Shown piece after piece: positions 50,997-61,078 of a stretch of DNA of 64,000 bases; positions within the stretch are counted from its first letter, which is position 1, and each line of letters begins with the position of its first letter. This DNA comes from a candidate division WOR-3 bacterium. Its GTDB lineage: Bacteria > Hydrothermota > Tepidihabitantia > Tepidihabitantales > Tepidihabitantaceae. Made by a program: the position numbers and the translations under genes. The notes under the pieces are model-generated. The model was not told the DNA's origin and did not search any database. It saw nothing but the letters and a program-made list of their open reading frames with translations. Location of the stretch: assembly GCA_037441285.1 (NCBI GenBank), contig JBBISL010000001.1, positions 1 through 64,000 on the forward strand, written 5' to 3'.

Positions 50997-52505
50997 TTGA
51001 AGATATTGTGGATTGACGATGAGATAAATCTTTTGAGACCATTTATCTATGCTCTGGAGAAAAAGGGGTATACAGTAACAACCGCAACCAATGGACCGGA
51101 TGGTCTGGCAATTTTGAAAAAGGAAAGTTTTGACCTGATTTTACTGGACCAGATGATGACCGGTATGCAAGGGCTGGAGGTACTGCGCCGGCTCAAAGAG
51201 GTTGACCCGCAGGTTCTGGTGGCAATGGTCACCAAATCCGAGGACGAGGCGTTGATAAACGAGGCGCTTGGCAAACTGGTTGATGATTTTATCATCAAAC
51301 CTTTTACGCCAACCCAGCTGCTGGCGGTGCTGAAGCGGCTGCTGGAGAAACGGCAACTGATTGCCGGACATATCGCTCAGGAGTATCTTGCAACGATGAA
51401 CCAGGAACGGGACTTTACTACTCCTGAGGGCTGGGCCGACTATTACCGAAGTCTTGGTTACTGGGAGACGGTACTTGCCCGATTTGGTGAAAAGTCGCTA
51501 ATTGAGTTACATCAGGACCGGCGGCGCGAGGCAAATGACCGGTTCAGTCGATTTGTAGAGGAGAACTATCGCTCCTGGGTTAAAGGTTCAGGTCCAATTA
51601 TGAGTCATCAGTTAATGGAAAAGATGATAAAACCGCTCTGGGAAGAGGGGCAGACTTACCTTGTGGTTCTGGATTCGATGCGTCAGGACCAGTGGGAGGC
51701 GATTGTGCCGCTTATAAGGGATTTTCTCAATGTTGAGACCGGTTACTATTACGCAATTTTGCCGACGGCGACCCCTTATTCTCGTAATGCCATTTTTAGT
51801 GGGCTTTTGCCCCTTGAAATTTATCGCCGGTATCCTCGTTGGTGGGTCTTTGATGAGACGGGACAAAACCGTTATGAACCGGAACTTTTAAGTGAGTTGT
51901 TGAACCGGCTGGGGTTTAAGTGGCGTTACTCATTTGTTAAGGCATCACGCAGCGATGAATTGCAGGCGACCCGTTCTATTCTGTTTGATAACAATCTCCG
52001 TTTGGTGGTCCTGGTTATCAACTTTCTCGACCTTTTGATTCATTCGGTCAAGTCCACCCGGCTTTTGGACGAGATTATTCCGGATGACGCGGCACTCGTC
52101 GGAACAACGCGGGTGTGGTTTTCCTCTTCACCGATATATGAACTCTTAAAGGAATTGTCCCGGCGGAATTGTCGAATTGTAGTTACCAGCGACCACGGGT
52201 TTATTCGGGTGAATCGGCCAACGCTAATATACGGCTCAAGAGAAATTTCCGCCAATCTCCGTTACAAGCATGGTGCCGCATTGCGGGTTGAGGAACGGGA
52301 CGCCTTTTTACTTCACCATCCTGAGGAGTTTTTCCTGCCGGTTGAACATCCCGGGGTGAAGTTTGCCATTGCTAAATCTGATTTCTATTTTATCTATCCG
52401 ACAAAACCCCGGGAGTATGAAAAGACCTACAAATGGACATTCCAGCATGGGGGGATTTCGCTGGAAGAGATGATTGTACCGTTTGCGGTCCTGAAGCCTC
52501 GTTAG
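50997..52505 (+). CDS. PorX-like response regulator (REC plus PglZ/alkaline-phosphatase domain)
   Basis: KILWIDDE..LL, LLD, MVTKSE (REC); LDSMR.DQW, ILPTATPYSRNAIFSG, TSDHG, FQHGGISLEEM. Confidence 0.85.
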   Translation: MKILWIDDEINLLRPFIYALEKKGYTVTTATNGPDGLAILKKESFDLILLDQMMTGMQGLEVLRRLKEVDPQVLVAMVTKSEDEALINEALGKLVDDFIIKPFTPTQLLAVLKRLLEKRQLIAGHIAQEYLATMNQERDFTTPEGWADYYRSLGYWETVLARFGEKSLIELHQDRRREANDRFSRFVEENYRSWVKGSGPIMSHQLMEKMIKPLWEEGQTYLVVLDSMRQDQWEAIVPLIRDFLNVETGYYYAILPTATPYSRNAIFSGLLPLEIYRRYPRWWVFDETGQNRYEPELLSELLNRLGFKWRYSFVKASRSDELQATRSILFDNNLRLVVLVINFLDLLIHSVKSTRLLDEIIPDDAALVGTTRVWFSSSPIYELLKELSRRNCRIVVTSDHGFIRVNRPTLIYGSREISANLRYKHGAALRVEERDAFLLHHPEEFFLPVEHPGVKFAIAKSDFYFIYPTKPREYEKTYKWTFQHGGISLEEMIVPFAVLKPR

Positions 52506-52565
52506 TTTATAAATTGGTGTCTCAAGGTTGACTTAAAATGGATTTATTGATAAAGTTAAATCTTT

Positions 52566-53342
52566 ATGACAGCGATGCCCCAAAACGGTTTGTTTCAGGA
52601 AGTGGTCCACTGGATACATGCTGACCAGTTTTTAAAGGGTTTGCATCGGGTTAATATTTTTGTCGGTGGTTACGGTTCAGGGAAAAGTGAAGTAGCAGTG
52701 AACTTTGCCATTTCCTTAACGGAGCACGGCCGCACGGTTAAGATTGGAGATTTGGATATTGTGAATCCTTACTTCCGGAGTCGTGAAGCACGGACCGTGT
52801 TAAAAGAGTTTGGGGTAGAATTACTCTTGCCTCCACCCGAAATTATGGAGTCGGATTTACCGTTGATTCAACCGGAAATCGTGGGTGCACTTCAGAATCC
52901 AACTGGATTTCTGGTACTCGATATCGGCGGTGACTCGGTTGGTGCCAGAGTTCTGGCAAGTATGCGGGGAAAGATTCTCGAGGATAATTTTGACTGTTTC
53001 TTTGTATTAAACTCTCGAAGACCTTTTAGCGGTACCGTCGCTGAGGTCAAGAAAATGGTTGAAGCGATTGAGCAAGCAAGCAGTGTCTTGGTGACCTATC
53101 TGGCGATTAATTCCCATTTGATTGAAGAGACGAGTCAGGAGGTAATTGAAGAAGGGATTCAACTTGCTGAGGCGGTGCAAAAGGAAATAAAGAAACCGAT
53201 TGGATTTGTAGCGGTTGAGCGCCGTATGCTCAACGAATTTGATGTCAGTTGGCTTCCTTATCCGGTGCTTGTTCTTGACCGGCAGCTTTTGAAACCCTGG
53301 GAGACAAGAGAAAAACTCGGTTCGGGAAAATTTAAACTTTGA
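52566..53342 (+). CDS. P-loop ATPase (MinD/CooC-like) heading the 2-oxoacid oxidoreductase operon
   Basis: GGYGSGKSE, DLDIVNPYFRSRE, DIGGD..GA. Promoter TTGACT-N17-TAAAGT at 52528-52556. Confidence 0.75.
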   Translation: MTAMPQNGLFQEVVHWIHADQFLKGLHRVNIFVGGYGSGKSEVAVNFAISLTEHGRTVKIGDLDIVNPYFRSREARTVLKEFGVELLLPPPEIMESDLPLIQPEIVGALQNPTGFLVLDIGGDSVGARVLASMRGKILEDNFDCFFVLNSRRPFSGTVAEVKKMVEAIEQASSVLVTYLAINSHLIEETSQEVIEEGIQLAEAVQKEIKKPIGFVAVERRMLNEFDVSWLPYPVLVLDRQLLKPWETREKLGSGKFKL

Positions 53343-53350
53343 GGTGAAAT

Positions 53351-53599
53351 ATGGCAAGAAAGGCTAAGGTTACAATTGACCGAAATCGCTGTAAAGGGTG
53401 TGAGTTGTGTGTCCGGTTCTGTCCCAAACAGGTCTTGGCGATGTCCCGAGAGATTAATGACAAGGGGTATTTCTTTGCCCAGGTGGTTAATCAAGAGGCG
53501 TGCATCGCCTGTCGTTTTTGTGGATTCATCTGTCCGGATACGGCGATTGAAATTGCCCTTGAGGTAGAAGGGGAAAAAGTGGAGGCGAAAAATGGGTAA
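53351..53599 (+). CDS. 2-oxoacid:ferredoxin oxidoreductase delta (ferredoxin) subunit
   Basis: Two CxxCxxCxxxCP motifs. Confidence 0.9.
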   Translation: MARKAKVTIDRNRCKGCELCVRFCPKQVLAMSREINDKGYFFAQVVNQEACIACRFCGFICPDTAIEIALEVEGEKVEAKNG

Positions 53600-54653
53600 G
53601 GTCTTAATGAAAGGAAATGAAGCGATTGCCGAATCCGGAGTCCGGGCAGGCGGGCTTTTATACTTTGGCTACCCGATAACACCCCAGTCCGAGATTGCTG
53701 AATATCTTGCCCGGCGGATGCCTGAAGTAGGCGGATGCTTTTTGCAGATTGAGAGTGAAGTTGCGGTCGCAAATGTGCTCTATGGTGCAGCAGGTGCTGG
53801 CGTCCGGGTCTGGACTTCGTCTTCAAGCCCGGGTATCAGTTTGATGATGGAAGGGGTGTCGTACATCGCGGCGGCAGAACTACCCTGCGTCATTGTGAAT
53901 ATCGTTAGATGTGGTCCAGGACTTGGAGGAATTCTTCCATCCCAGGGCGACTACTTTCAGGCGGTAAAAGGCGGTGGGCACGGTGATTACCGATGTCTGG
54001 TGTATGCGCCCTCTTCGGTTCAGGAAGCGGTAGATATTATGCCTCTGGCATTTGACCGGGCGGACCGTTATCGAAACCCGGTCATAGTAATTGGTGACGG
54101 GATGATTGGACAGATGATGGAGCCGGTTGAGTTTAAAGAGCAGCGGTTTCCGCCGCTGCCACCAAAAGACTGGGCGACTTCCGGCTGTAAAGGTAGAAAG
54201 CCCAATGTTATAAATTCACTTTACCTTGACCCGGTTGAGGAGGAAAAACTCAACTTCAAACTGGCGGCAAAATATCAGGAAATGAAACGAAATGAGGTGC
54301 GGTTTGAGGAGTTTAATACCGAGACCGATTTTCAGGTTCTGCTCGTTGCCTACGGCACGACCGCCCGGGTTTGTAAAACCGCAATTCGCCAATTGAAAGA
54401 CAAAGGGGTCAATGTGGCACTGTTGCGACCGATAACCCTTTTCCCATTTCCTGACCAGCGGGTATTTGAACTGGCACAGCGTGCCGAATTCGTTATGTCG
54501 GTGGAGATGAGCACCGGTCAAATGGTTGAGGATGTTCAGCTGGCGGTTGGCAGGACCAAACCGGTGTTCTTTTATGGCAGAACCGGGGGAATGGTGCCAT
54601 GCCCGGAAGAGGTGGTTGTTGCGGTTGAAAGACATCTGGGAGGCAAAAAATGA
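53592..54653 (+). CDS. 2-oxoacid:ferredoxin oxidoreductase alpha subunit (ketoisovalerate oxidoreductase type)
   Basis: GYPITPQSE, TSSSSPGISL, GPGLG.I.PSQGDYFQAVKGGGHGDY. Confidence 0.9.
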   Translation: MGKVLMKGNEAIAESGVRAGGLLYFGYPITPQSEIAEYLARRMPEVGGCFLQIESEVAVANVLYGAAGAGVRVWTSSSSPGISLMMEGVSYIAAAELPCVIVNIVRCGPGLGGILPSQGDYFQAVKGGGHGDYRCLVYAPSSVQEAVDIMPLAFDRADRYRNPVIVIGDGMIGQMMEPVEFKEQRFPPLPPKDWATSGCKGRKPNVINSLYLDPVEEEKLNFKLAAKYQEMKRNEVRFEEFNTETDFQVLLVAYGTTARVCKTAIRQLKDKGVNVALLRPITLFPFPDQRVFELAQRAEFVMSVEMSTGQMVEDVQLAVGRTKPVFFYGRTGGMVPCPEEVVVAVERHLGGKK

Positions 54654-55408
54654 AGGTGATTTTTAAACGGCCTGAGTCATTGAGCAATACCCCAACCCAT
54701 TACTGTCCAGGATGCACTCATGGGGTTGTGCACCGGTTGATTGCCGAGGTGATTGATGAATTAGGGTTTCGGGAGAGAACCGTAGGGATAGCTCCGGTTG
54801 GTTGTTCGGTACTGGCGTTTAACTATTTTAACTTTGATTTCCAGCAGGCGGCGCATGGTCGGGCACCAGCGGTTGCTACCGGGATAAAGCGTGCCCGTCC
54901 CGATTTGATAGTATTTACTTATCAGGGCGATGGTGACCTCGCCTCAATCGGAATGAGCGAAATTGTCCATGCGGCAAATCGGGGAGAAAAGTTTACCGTG
55001 GTATTTATCAACAATGCGATTTACGGCATGACCGGTGGCCAGATGGCACCAACCACGATGCCCGGCCAGGTTACTACCACATCACCGCGGGGCAGAAATG
55101 TAGCAGATGTCGGTTATCCTATTAGAATGTGCGAACTTCTGGCAAGTTTACGGACCCCGGCGTTCATTGAACGGGTTGCGGTACACAACCCCAAACAGGT
55201 GGTTAACGCAAAAAGGGCGCTTAAGGAGGCTTGCACCTTGCAGCGGGACAATGTTTGCTTCTCGTTTGTGGAGTGTCTTTCAACCTGTCCAACGAACTGG
55301 GGATTATCACCCTATGATGCGACTAAATGGTTGGAGGAAAATATGATACCATACTATCCAGTTCAGAACTTTAAGCGTCCGGAGAAGGGAGAGCAAGATG
55401 CAGATTGA
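54650..55408 (+). CDS. 2-oxoacid:ferredoxin oxidoreductase beta (TPP-binding) subunit
   Basis: YCPGCTHG, HGRA, YQGDGD...NN..YGMTGGQ, CPTNW. Confidence 0.92.
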   Translation: MKVIFKRPESLSNTPTHYCPGCTHGVVHRLIAEVIDELGFRERTVGIAPVGCSVLAFNYFNFDFQQAAHGRAPAVATGIKRARPDLIVFTYQGDGDLASIGMSEIVHAANRGEKFTVVFINNAIYGMTGGQMAPTTMPGQVTTTSPRGRNVADVGYPIRMCELLASLRTPAFIERVAVHNPKQVVNAKRALKEACTLQRDNVCFSFVECLSTCPTNWGLSPYDATKWLEENMIPYYPVQNFKRPEKGEQDAD

Positions 55409-55952
55409 GGTTGTGTTTGCCGGATTTGGCGGGCAGGGCGTAATGCTCGCGGGCAAAGTTCTTGCTGAAGTTGGAATGAGGATGGGCAAGGAGGTTGTCT
55501 GGTTGCCTTCATACGGTCCGGAGATGCGCGGTGGAACCGCCAATTGCACGGTAATAATCGCTGATGAACCCATCGCTTCACCCATTATCGCCCATCCCCG
55601 GGACACGGTTGTGATGAATAAACCGTCACTGGAAAAGTTTTGTCCGACCCAGAAGCCTGGTGGAGTTGCGGTGGTCAACAGTTCTCTAATTAACAGCAGG
55701 CCCAACCGTGACGATATCCTGATAGTTGAGGTACCGGCAAACGAAATAGCGATTGAAGCGGGCAGCGCTCGTTCCGCAAATATGGTGATGCTTGGTGCTT
55801 ATGCCGGTGCAACCGGAATTGTGCCCCTGGAGATGATTATTGAACAGGTAAAAGAGGAGTTTGAAAAAAGGCCGAAACTTATTCCGACAAATCTCAAATG
55901 TGTTGAGCAGGGGTTCGAACTTGCCAGTTCATTAGTGCAGGGTAAAAGATAA
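55398..55952 (+). CDS. 2-oxoacid:ferredoxin oxidoreductase gamma subunit
   Basis: AGFGGQG, PSYGPEMRGGTANC, NMVMLGA. Confidence 0.92.
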   Translation: MQIEVVFAGFGGQGVMLAGKVLAEVGMRMGKEVVWLPSYGPEMRGGTANCTVIIADEPIASPIIAHPRDTVVMNKPSLEKFCPTQKPGGVAVVNSSLINSRPNRDDILIVEVPANEIAIEAGSARSANMVMLGAYAGATGIVPLEMIIEQVKEEFEKRPKLIPTNLKCVEQGFELASSLVQGKR

Positions 55953-56328
55953 GTCCGCTTGTTAACTCAACCAGAAGGTCTATTCAATAATATAACCGAC
56001 ATATTATCAATATGATACGCATTCAATCACCTATAAGGTTTTACAGTAATACGAGAGTATAACGGGGTTGAATTGGGATGGGCGCATAAAATAGGGAGGT
56101 GTAACCCCAGATTCGGTTAATAGTTACTACCCTCTTTACGGTGAAGATAATTTACTAATTATAGCAATAACATACTATATTGTGAAATGTTATGAGTATT
56201 TATGTTATTAACCTTAGCGCAACTCCCATAGTTGCTGTGGGGGTAGCACCGGGCATGCCCTCAAGTATTGTATGAGCAGTAGTTGTGGTGAGGATTGATA
56301 AATCTGATACTCTGTCTGTTGAGAATCT

Positions 56329-56360
56329 TAGAATCGAATATTTCGTAACGGTGGTCTAAA
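56329..56360 (+). promoter_or_regulatory. Putative ECF-sigma promoter of grpE-dnaK-dnaJ
   Basis: TAGAATC-N17-GGTCTAAA, 13 nt before the grpE ATG. Confidence 0.7.
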
Positions 56361-56373
56361 TTGTTGATTAACT

Positions 56374-56928
56374 ATGAGTAACGAAAAGAAAGGCCCTGTT
56401 CAGGAGTTAAAGGAACGCCTGGCTATTCTTGAAGCCCGGGTTAAGGAATTAAATTCTGATTACCTGCGAGCACTGGCGGACTTTGACAACTTTCGTAAGA
56501 GGGTTGAGCGGGATTTAGAGGTTAAACAGCGTGCTGGCATTGACTCTTTGCTTGAGGCGTTGATCCCGGTTCTGGACAACTTTGAGCGGGCGCTCAACTT
56601 TTCTCAGCCACCAGAAGCGACCGGTGACAACAAAGCGGTTGAGAGCTGGAAAAAAGGTGTAGAATTAATTTACCAGCAATTGTGCGAACTGCTTGGCCGG
56701 TTCGGTTTGCAGGGGTACACTTGTCTTAGGGAGAAGTTTGACCCACGCCGGGCAGAGGCTATTGGTTTCGTCGATACCACGGAGGGTGAAGACAATGAGG
56801 TGATAGAGGAGGTGTGCAAAGGGTATGAGTGTGCGGGCAGGGTACTCAGACCGGCAAAAGTTAAAGTGGCACGAAAAAAGGAAATTGAGAAAGAAATCCC
56901 GGAGGAAAAAAATGAGTCTAATAAATAG
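56374..56928 (+). CDS. grpE: Nucleotide exchange factor GrpE
   Basis: LRALADFDNFRKR, LIPVLDNFERAL, FDP, GY...RVLRPAKVKV. Confidence 0.95.
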   Translation: MSNEKKGPVQELKERLAILEARVKELNSDYLRALADFDNFRKRVERDLEVKQRAGIDSLLEALIPVLDNFERALNFSQPPEATGDNKAVESWKKGVELIYQQLCELLGRFGLQGYTCLREKFDPRRAEAIGFVDTTEGEDNEVIEEVCKGYECAGRVLRPAKVKVARKKEIEKEIPEEKNESNK

Positions 56929-56987
56929 GGGGAAAGGGTTAGTAAGGAGTATTAAGGTAAATTGGCGTTGAAAAAGGAGGAGTATAA

Positions 56988-58874
56988 ATGAGTAAGGTTA
57001 TAGGTATTGATTTAGGGACAACTTTTTCTTGTGTCGCGGTTATGGAGCGGGGGCAACCGGTTGTTATTCCTAACCCAGAAGGGGGAAGGACAACACCCTC
57101 GGTTGTTGCTCTGGGTAAGGAAAGGCTGGTGGGAACCCTTGCAAAGCGTCAGGCGGTAATTAACCCCGAATCAACCATTTATTCAATCAAACGATTTATG
57201 GGCCGCCGCTACTCCGAGGTTACCGAGGAAATTAAGCGTGTGCCCTACCGTGTGGTTGAGGCAGCAAATGGCGACGCCTGGGTTGAGGTGGATAGTAAAC
57301 GGTACTCTCCACCGGAGATTTCCGCGATGATTCTTGCCTATCTCAAACGGGCCGCCGAGGCATATCTTGGTGAGGCGGTAACTAAAGCGGTAATTACTGT
57401 TCCCGCCTATTTCAACGACTCGCAGCGACAGGCGACCAAGGACGCGGGTAAAATTGCCGGACTTGATGTATTGAGAATTATCAATGAGCCTACAGCAGCA
57501 TCGCTGGCTTACGGATTGGACAAAAAGCGGTCTGAGAAAATTGCAATTTACGACCTTGGTGGTGGAACCTTTGACATCTCAATTCTTGAGATTGGCGAAG
57601 GGGTTTTTGAGGTATGTTCGACGAATGGTGATACCCATCTTGGCGGTGACGATATCGACCAGCGGATTATGGATTGGATTATCGAGGAGTTCCGCCGTGA
57701 GCAGGGAATAGACCTGTCCCGGGACAAAACGGCATTGCAACGGATAAAGGAGGCGGCAGAAAAAGCGAAGTGTGAACTCTCGACCTCAATGGAGACAAAT
57801 ATCAGCCTGCCGTTTATCTATGCGGACGAAAAGAAAGGACCATTACATATTGAAATGCGGCTGACCCGGGCAAAACTGGAGGCGCTGGTTGAAGACCTTT
57901 TGCAGCGGACTTTAGGACCGGTGAAACAGGCACTGGCAGACGCTAAATTGACGCCACGGGATATCGATGAGGTGATTCTGGTAGGGGGGCAGACAAGGAT
58001 GCCCAGAGTACAGCAACTGGTGCGAGACTTTTTTGGAAAGGAGCCGCATAAAGGTATTAACCCTGATGAGGTGGTAGCGATTGGCGCAGCGATTCAGGGT
58101 GCGGTTCTTGCCGGTGAAGTGAAAGATGTCGTGCTGCTTGATGTCACACCGCTTTCCCTGGGAATTGAAACCTATGGCGGGGTTATGACCAAAATTATTG
58201 AGCGTAATACCACGATTCCCACTCGCAAGAGTCAGGTGTTTACTACGGTTGAGGACAACCAGACAACGGTGAGCGTTCGAGTTCTCCAAGGCGAGCGGGA
58301 AATGGCAGCGGACAACCGGCTGCTTGGACAGTTTGACCTGATTGGAATTGCGCCGGCACCGCGCGGGGTTCCGCAAATTGAAGTTACATTTGACATCGAT
58401 GCTGATGGAATTCTTCATGTTACCGCCAAAGATAAGTTAACCGGAAAAGAGCAAGGGATTAAAATAACCGCATCTTCCGGTTTAAACAAAGAAGAAATCG
58501 ACCGGATGATAAGTGAAGCCCAGGCATATGCGGCTGAAGACCGGCGCCGGCGTGAGATTGTTGACAGTCGCAATAGAGCGGATACCATTATATATCAGAC
58601 GGAAAAGACGCTAAAGGAGTTAGGCGAGCTGGTTTCAGCCGAAGAACGACGGCAGATTGAAGCAGCGATTACTCGGGTGAAAGAGGTGATGAAAGGAGAT
58701 GATAAAGCAGCAATCGACCGAGCCGCGGATGAGTTGCAGCGGTCATTGAGTACGGTTGCCGAACGGCTCTATCGCGAACAAGCAGCACAGGAAAAAGGCG
58801 GCGCAAGCAAAGACCGGGATAAAAAAGTTGAAACCGATTACACGGTAATAGATGGAGAAGATAAAAAAGAGTAA
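56988..58874 (+). CDS. dnaK: Chaperone DnaK
   Basis: [43 protein letters not shown]. Confidence 0.98.
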   Translation: MSKVIGIDLGTTFSCVAVMERGQPVVIPNPEGGRTTPSVVALGKERLVGTLAKRQAVINPESTIYSIKRFMGRRYSEVTEEIKRVPYRVVEAANGDAWVEVDSKRYSPPEISAMILAYLKRAAEAYLGEAVTKAVITVPAYFNDSQRQATKDAGKIAGLDVLRIINEPTAASLAYGLDKKRSEKIAIYDLGGGTFDISILEIGEGVFEVCSTNGDTHLGGDDIDQRIMDWIIEEFRREQGIDLSRDKTALQRIKEAAEKAKCELSTSMETNISLPFIYADEKKGPLHIEMRLTRAKLEALVEDLLQRTLGPVKQALADAKLTPRDIDEVILVGGQTRMPRVQQLVRDFFGKEPHKGINPDEVVAIGAAIQGAVLAGEVKDVVLLDVTPLSLGIETYGGVMTKIIERNTTIPTRKSQVFTTVEDNQTTVSVRVLQGEREMAADNRLLGQFDLIGIAPAPRGVPQIEVTFDIDADGILHVTAKDKLTGKEQGIKITASSGLNKEEIDRMISEAQAYAAEDRRRREIVDSRNRADTIIYQTEKTLKELGELVSAEERRQIEAAITRVKEVMKGDDKAAIDRAADELQRSLSTVAERLYREQAAQEKGGASKDRDKKVETDYTVIDGEDKKE

Positions 58875-58952
58875 TAGATAGGAGGTAGAATTAAAATAAA
58901 GGTTGTAAGGAGGTGGAGTTTTTAGCCCGCACCTTCGGGCAATTAATAACAA

Positions 58953-60098
58953 ATGGCGGTAACAAAACGGGACTACTATGAGGTCCTGGGTGTTTCTCGT
59001 AATGCAACGCCCGAAGAAATTAAGAGCGCCTATCGGCGCTTAGCCAAAGAGTATCATCCTGACCGGAATCCCAACAATCGGGCTGAAGCAGAAGAAAAGT
59101 TTAAAGAGCTGTCCGAAGCATACGAAGTCCTTGCTGACCCGGAAAAACGGCGAGTTTATGATATGTATGGTCATGAAGGGGTTGCAGGACAATTTGGACC
59201 AAATGGATTTGATTTTCGCCGTCATTTTACCCACAGCGATGACCTGGAGGATATCTTTGGCGACATTCTTAGGGGATTTGGCGGTGAGGGCGGCACAATT
59301 TTTGACTTGCTATTCGGAGGCGCGGCGCCGCGTGCCACAGGAAGACGGGCGCGAGGCCGTGATATCATTGTCCGGATGCGGCTAAGCCTGGGGGAGATTG
59401 CCGAAGGTGTGACAAAGGAGGTGTCATTTTCCCGCTATGAACCCTGTTCCGAGTGTGGAGGTGCAGGCGGTGCGGGCAAGATTGCCTGTCCAACCTGCCG
59501 CGGACAGGGACGGGTTAAACAGCAAACCCGGTCGGTTTTCGGACAGTTTGTTCAGGTTTCAACCTGTCCGGACTGTGGAGGTACCGGCGAACGTTACCGC
59601 AACACCTGTCGCCAGTGCAGCGGCGAAGGTCGGGTTCGGCGTCTGAGGACATTGAAGGTACGCATACCGGCTGGTGTTTCTGCCGGTACCCCAATTGTCC
59701 TTCACAACGAAGGGCATTGGGGACCAGGTGGTCAAGGCGATGTTGTAATAGAAATTGAGGAGAAGGAACATCCGCTTTTCCTGCGTCAGGGAGACAATAT
59801 CATTGTGGAGGTTCCGGTCTCTATTCCCACCGCAATTCTGGGAGGGAAAATAAATGTTCCTACCCTTAATGGGGTGAAGGAGATTGAACTACCACCTGGC
59901 ACTAACTCCGGAACTGTTTTGCGCATCCGGGGCGCGGGTATTAAACGGTTAGAAGGGGGGGGCAGTGGTGACGAACTGGTTAGAATTGTAGTGCATATCC
60001 CCAAACATCTCAGCCGGGAGGAAAAGATGCTCTACAAACAGCTGGCAGCAAATCAATCCGAATCACTGCCAGAACCCAGGAAACCACAGTCGATGTAA
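58953..60098 (+). CDS. dnaJ: Chaperone DnaJ
   Basis: J-domain HPD, G/F region, four CxxCxGxG repeats. Confidence 0.97.
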   Translation: MAVTKRDYYEVLGVSRNATPEEIKSAYRRLAKEYHPDRNPNNRAEAEEKFKELSEAYEVLADPEKRRVYDMYGHEGVAGQFGPNGFDFRRHFTHSDDLEDIFGDILRGFGGEGGTIFDLLFGGAAPRATGRRARGRDIIVRMRLSLGEIAEGVTKEVSFSRYEPCSECGGAGGAGKIACPTCRGQGRVKQQTRSVFGQFVQVSTCPDCGGTGERYRNTCRQCSGEGRVRRLRTLKVRIPAGVSAGTPIVLHNEGHWGPGGQGDVVIEIEEKEHPLFLRQGDNIIVEVPVSIPTAILGGKINVPTLNGVKEIELPPGTNSGTVLRIRGAGIKRLEGGGSGDELVRIVVHIPKHLSREEKMLYKQLAANQSESLPEPRKPQSM

Positions 60099-60099
60099 A

Positions 60100-60822
60100 A
60101 TGGAGCTGTTTTACATTCCTCAGTTAAAGCAGGTCGATGTCCCGCTGGAGATTTCCGGGGCTGAGGCAAGGCACATTGCGCGGGTTTTGCGCCATAAACC
60201 CGGTGATGTTGTATATGCGACCAACGGCCGTGGTGAGGAGTTTCGTTTGGTTCTAAAAAAAGTTGAACCTGCGCGAGTAATTGCCCAGGTTCTGGAGAAA
60301 AAGACCGGTGAGCGGGAACCAAAACACAGATTGGTTTTAGCCCAGGCGGTTTTGAAAGGGGACAAACTTGCCCAGGTGATTGAAGGTGTTACTGAACTGG
60401 GGGTAAGTGAGGTTATTCCATTTTTATCGGAACGGGTTGTTGGCCGCTTAACCGATTCGAAATACCGGCGTCTGGAAGGTGTTGCCGTAAGCGCAATGAA
60501 AAGCTGCACGAGAACGGTATTACCCCGCATTGGGCGATTAATAGAACTTGAGGGGTTAGTAGAAACTTTTCATAGTTTTGACCAGGTGATAGTCGCTTAC
60601 GAGGAAGAAAAAAGACAAGGGCTGGTTCAGGTTTTGAACCGCGATGTTAAAACGACACTGGTGGTGATTGGACCTGAAGGCGGGTTTAGCGAAGGGGAAA
60701 TTGTTAAAATGAGTGATGCCGGTGCGGTGTGTTGTTCGCTGGGCCCAAGGCGGTTACGAGCCGAAACGGCTGCGATAGCGGCGGTTTCGATTATCTTCGG
60801 GCTCATCGGTGAGTTAGGATGA
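60100..60822 (+). CDS. rsmE: 16S rRNA m3U1498 methyltransferase
   Basis: H..RVLR, ELGV, IGPEGGFS, SLG.R.LRAETA. Confidence 0.93.
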   Translation: MELFYIPQLKQVDVPLEISGAEARHIARVLRHKPGDVVYATNGRGEEFRLVLKKVEPARVIAQVLEKKTGEREPKHRLVLAQAVLKGDKLAQVIEGVTELGVSEVIPFLSERVVGRLTDSKYRRLEGVAVSAMKSCTRTVLPRIGRLIELEGLVETFHSFDQVIVAYEEEKRQGLVQVLNRDVKTTLVVIGPEGGFSEGEIVKMSDAGAVCCSLGPRRLRAETAAIAAVSIIFGLIGELG

Positions 60823-60853
60823 AAAATTTGCCACGAAAGGAGGTGCAGGACTA

Positions 60854-61048
60854 ATGGTAAGTATCACCGTAAAAGAAGGCGAGCCGTACGAGAGTTTTAT
60901 TCGTCGGTTCCGGCGTGCCTGCGAACAGGCAGGTATTCTGCGCGAAGTGAAGCGCCGGGAATTTTACGAGAAACCGAGCGAGCGTCGTAAGCGAAAGATG
61001 GCAGAAGCTCGGCGTCGGCTTTATCGGAAACAGATGGGTGAGAGATAA
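60854..61048 (+). CDS. rpsU: 30S ribosomal protein S21
   Basis: E..IRRFRR, REFYEKPS.RRKRK; strong SD. Confidence 0.95.
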   Translation: MVSITVKEGEPYESFIRRFRRACEQAGILREVKRREFYEKPSERRKRKMAEARRRLYRKQMGER

Positions 61049-61078
61049 AGCGTTTTAAAAACAACAATACGGAGTAAA

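Noticed and set aside
50997..52505. BREX defence system suggested by the PglZ domain
   Set aside because: PglZ is fused to a receiver domain (PorX architecture) and there are no brx or pglX genes nearby.
56064..56096. Possible G-quadruplex (four G-runs, loops 7/2/11)
   Set aside because: Long loops, single occurrence and no supporting context.
56290..56335. CIRCE or HAIR operator upstream of grpE
   Set aside because: Only a loose ctc...gag inverted pair with wrong spacing and arms; no TTAGCACTC-N9-GAGTGCTAA.
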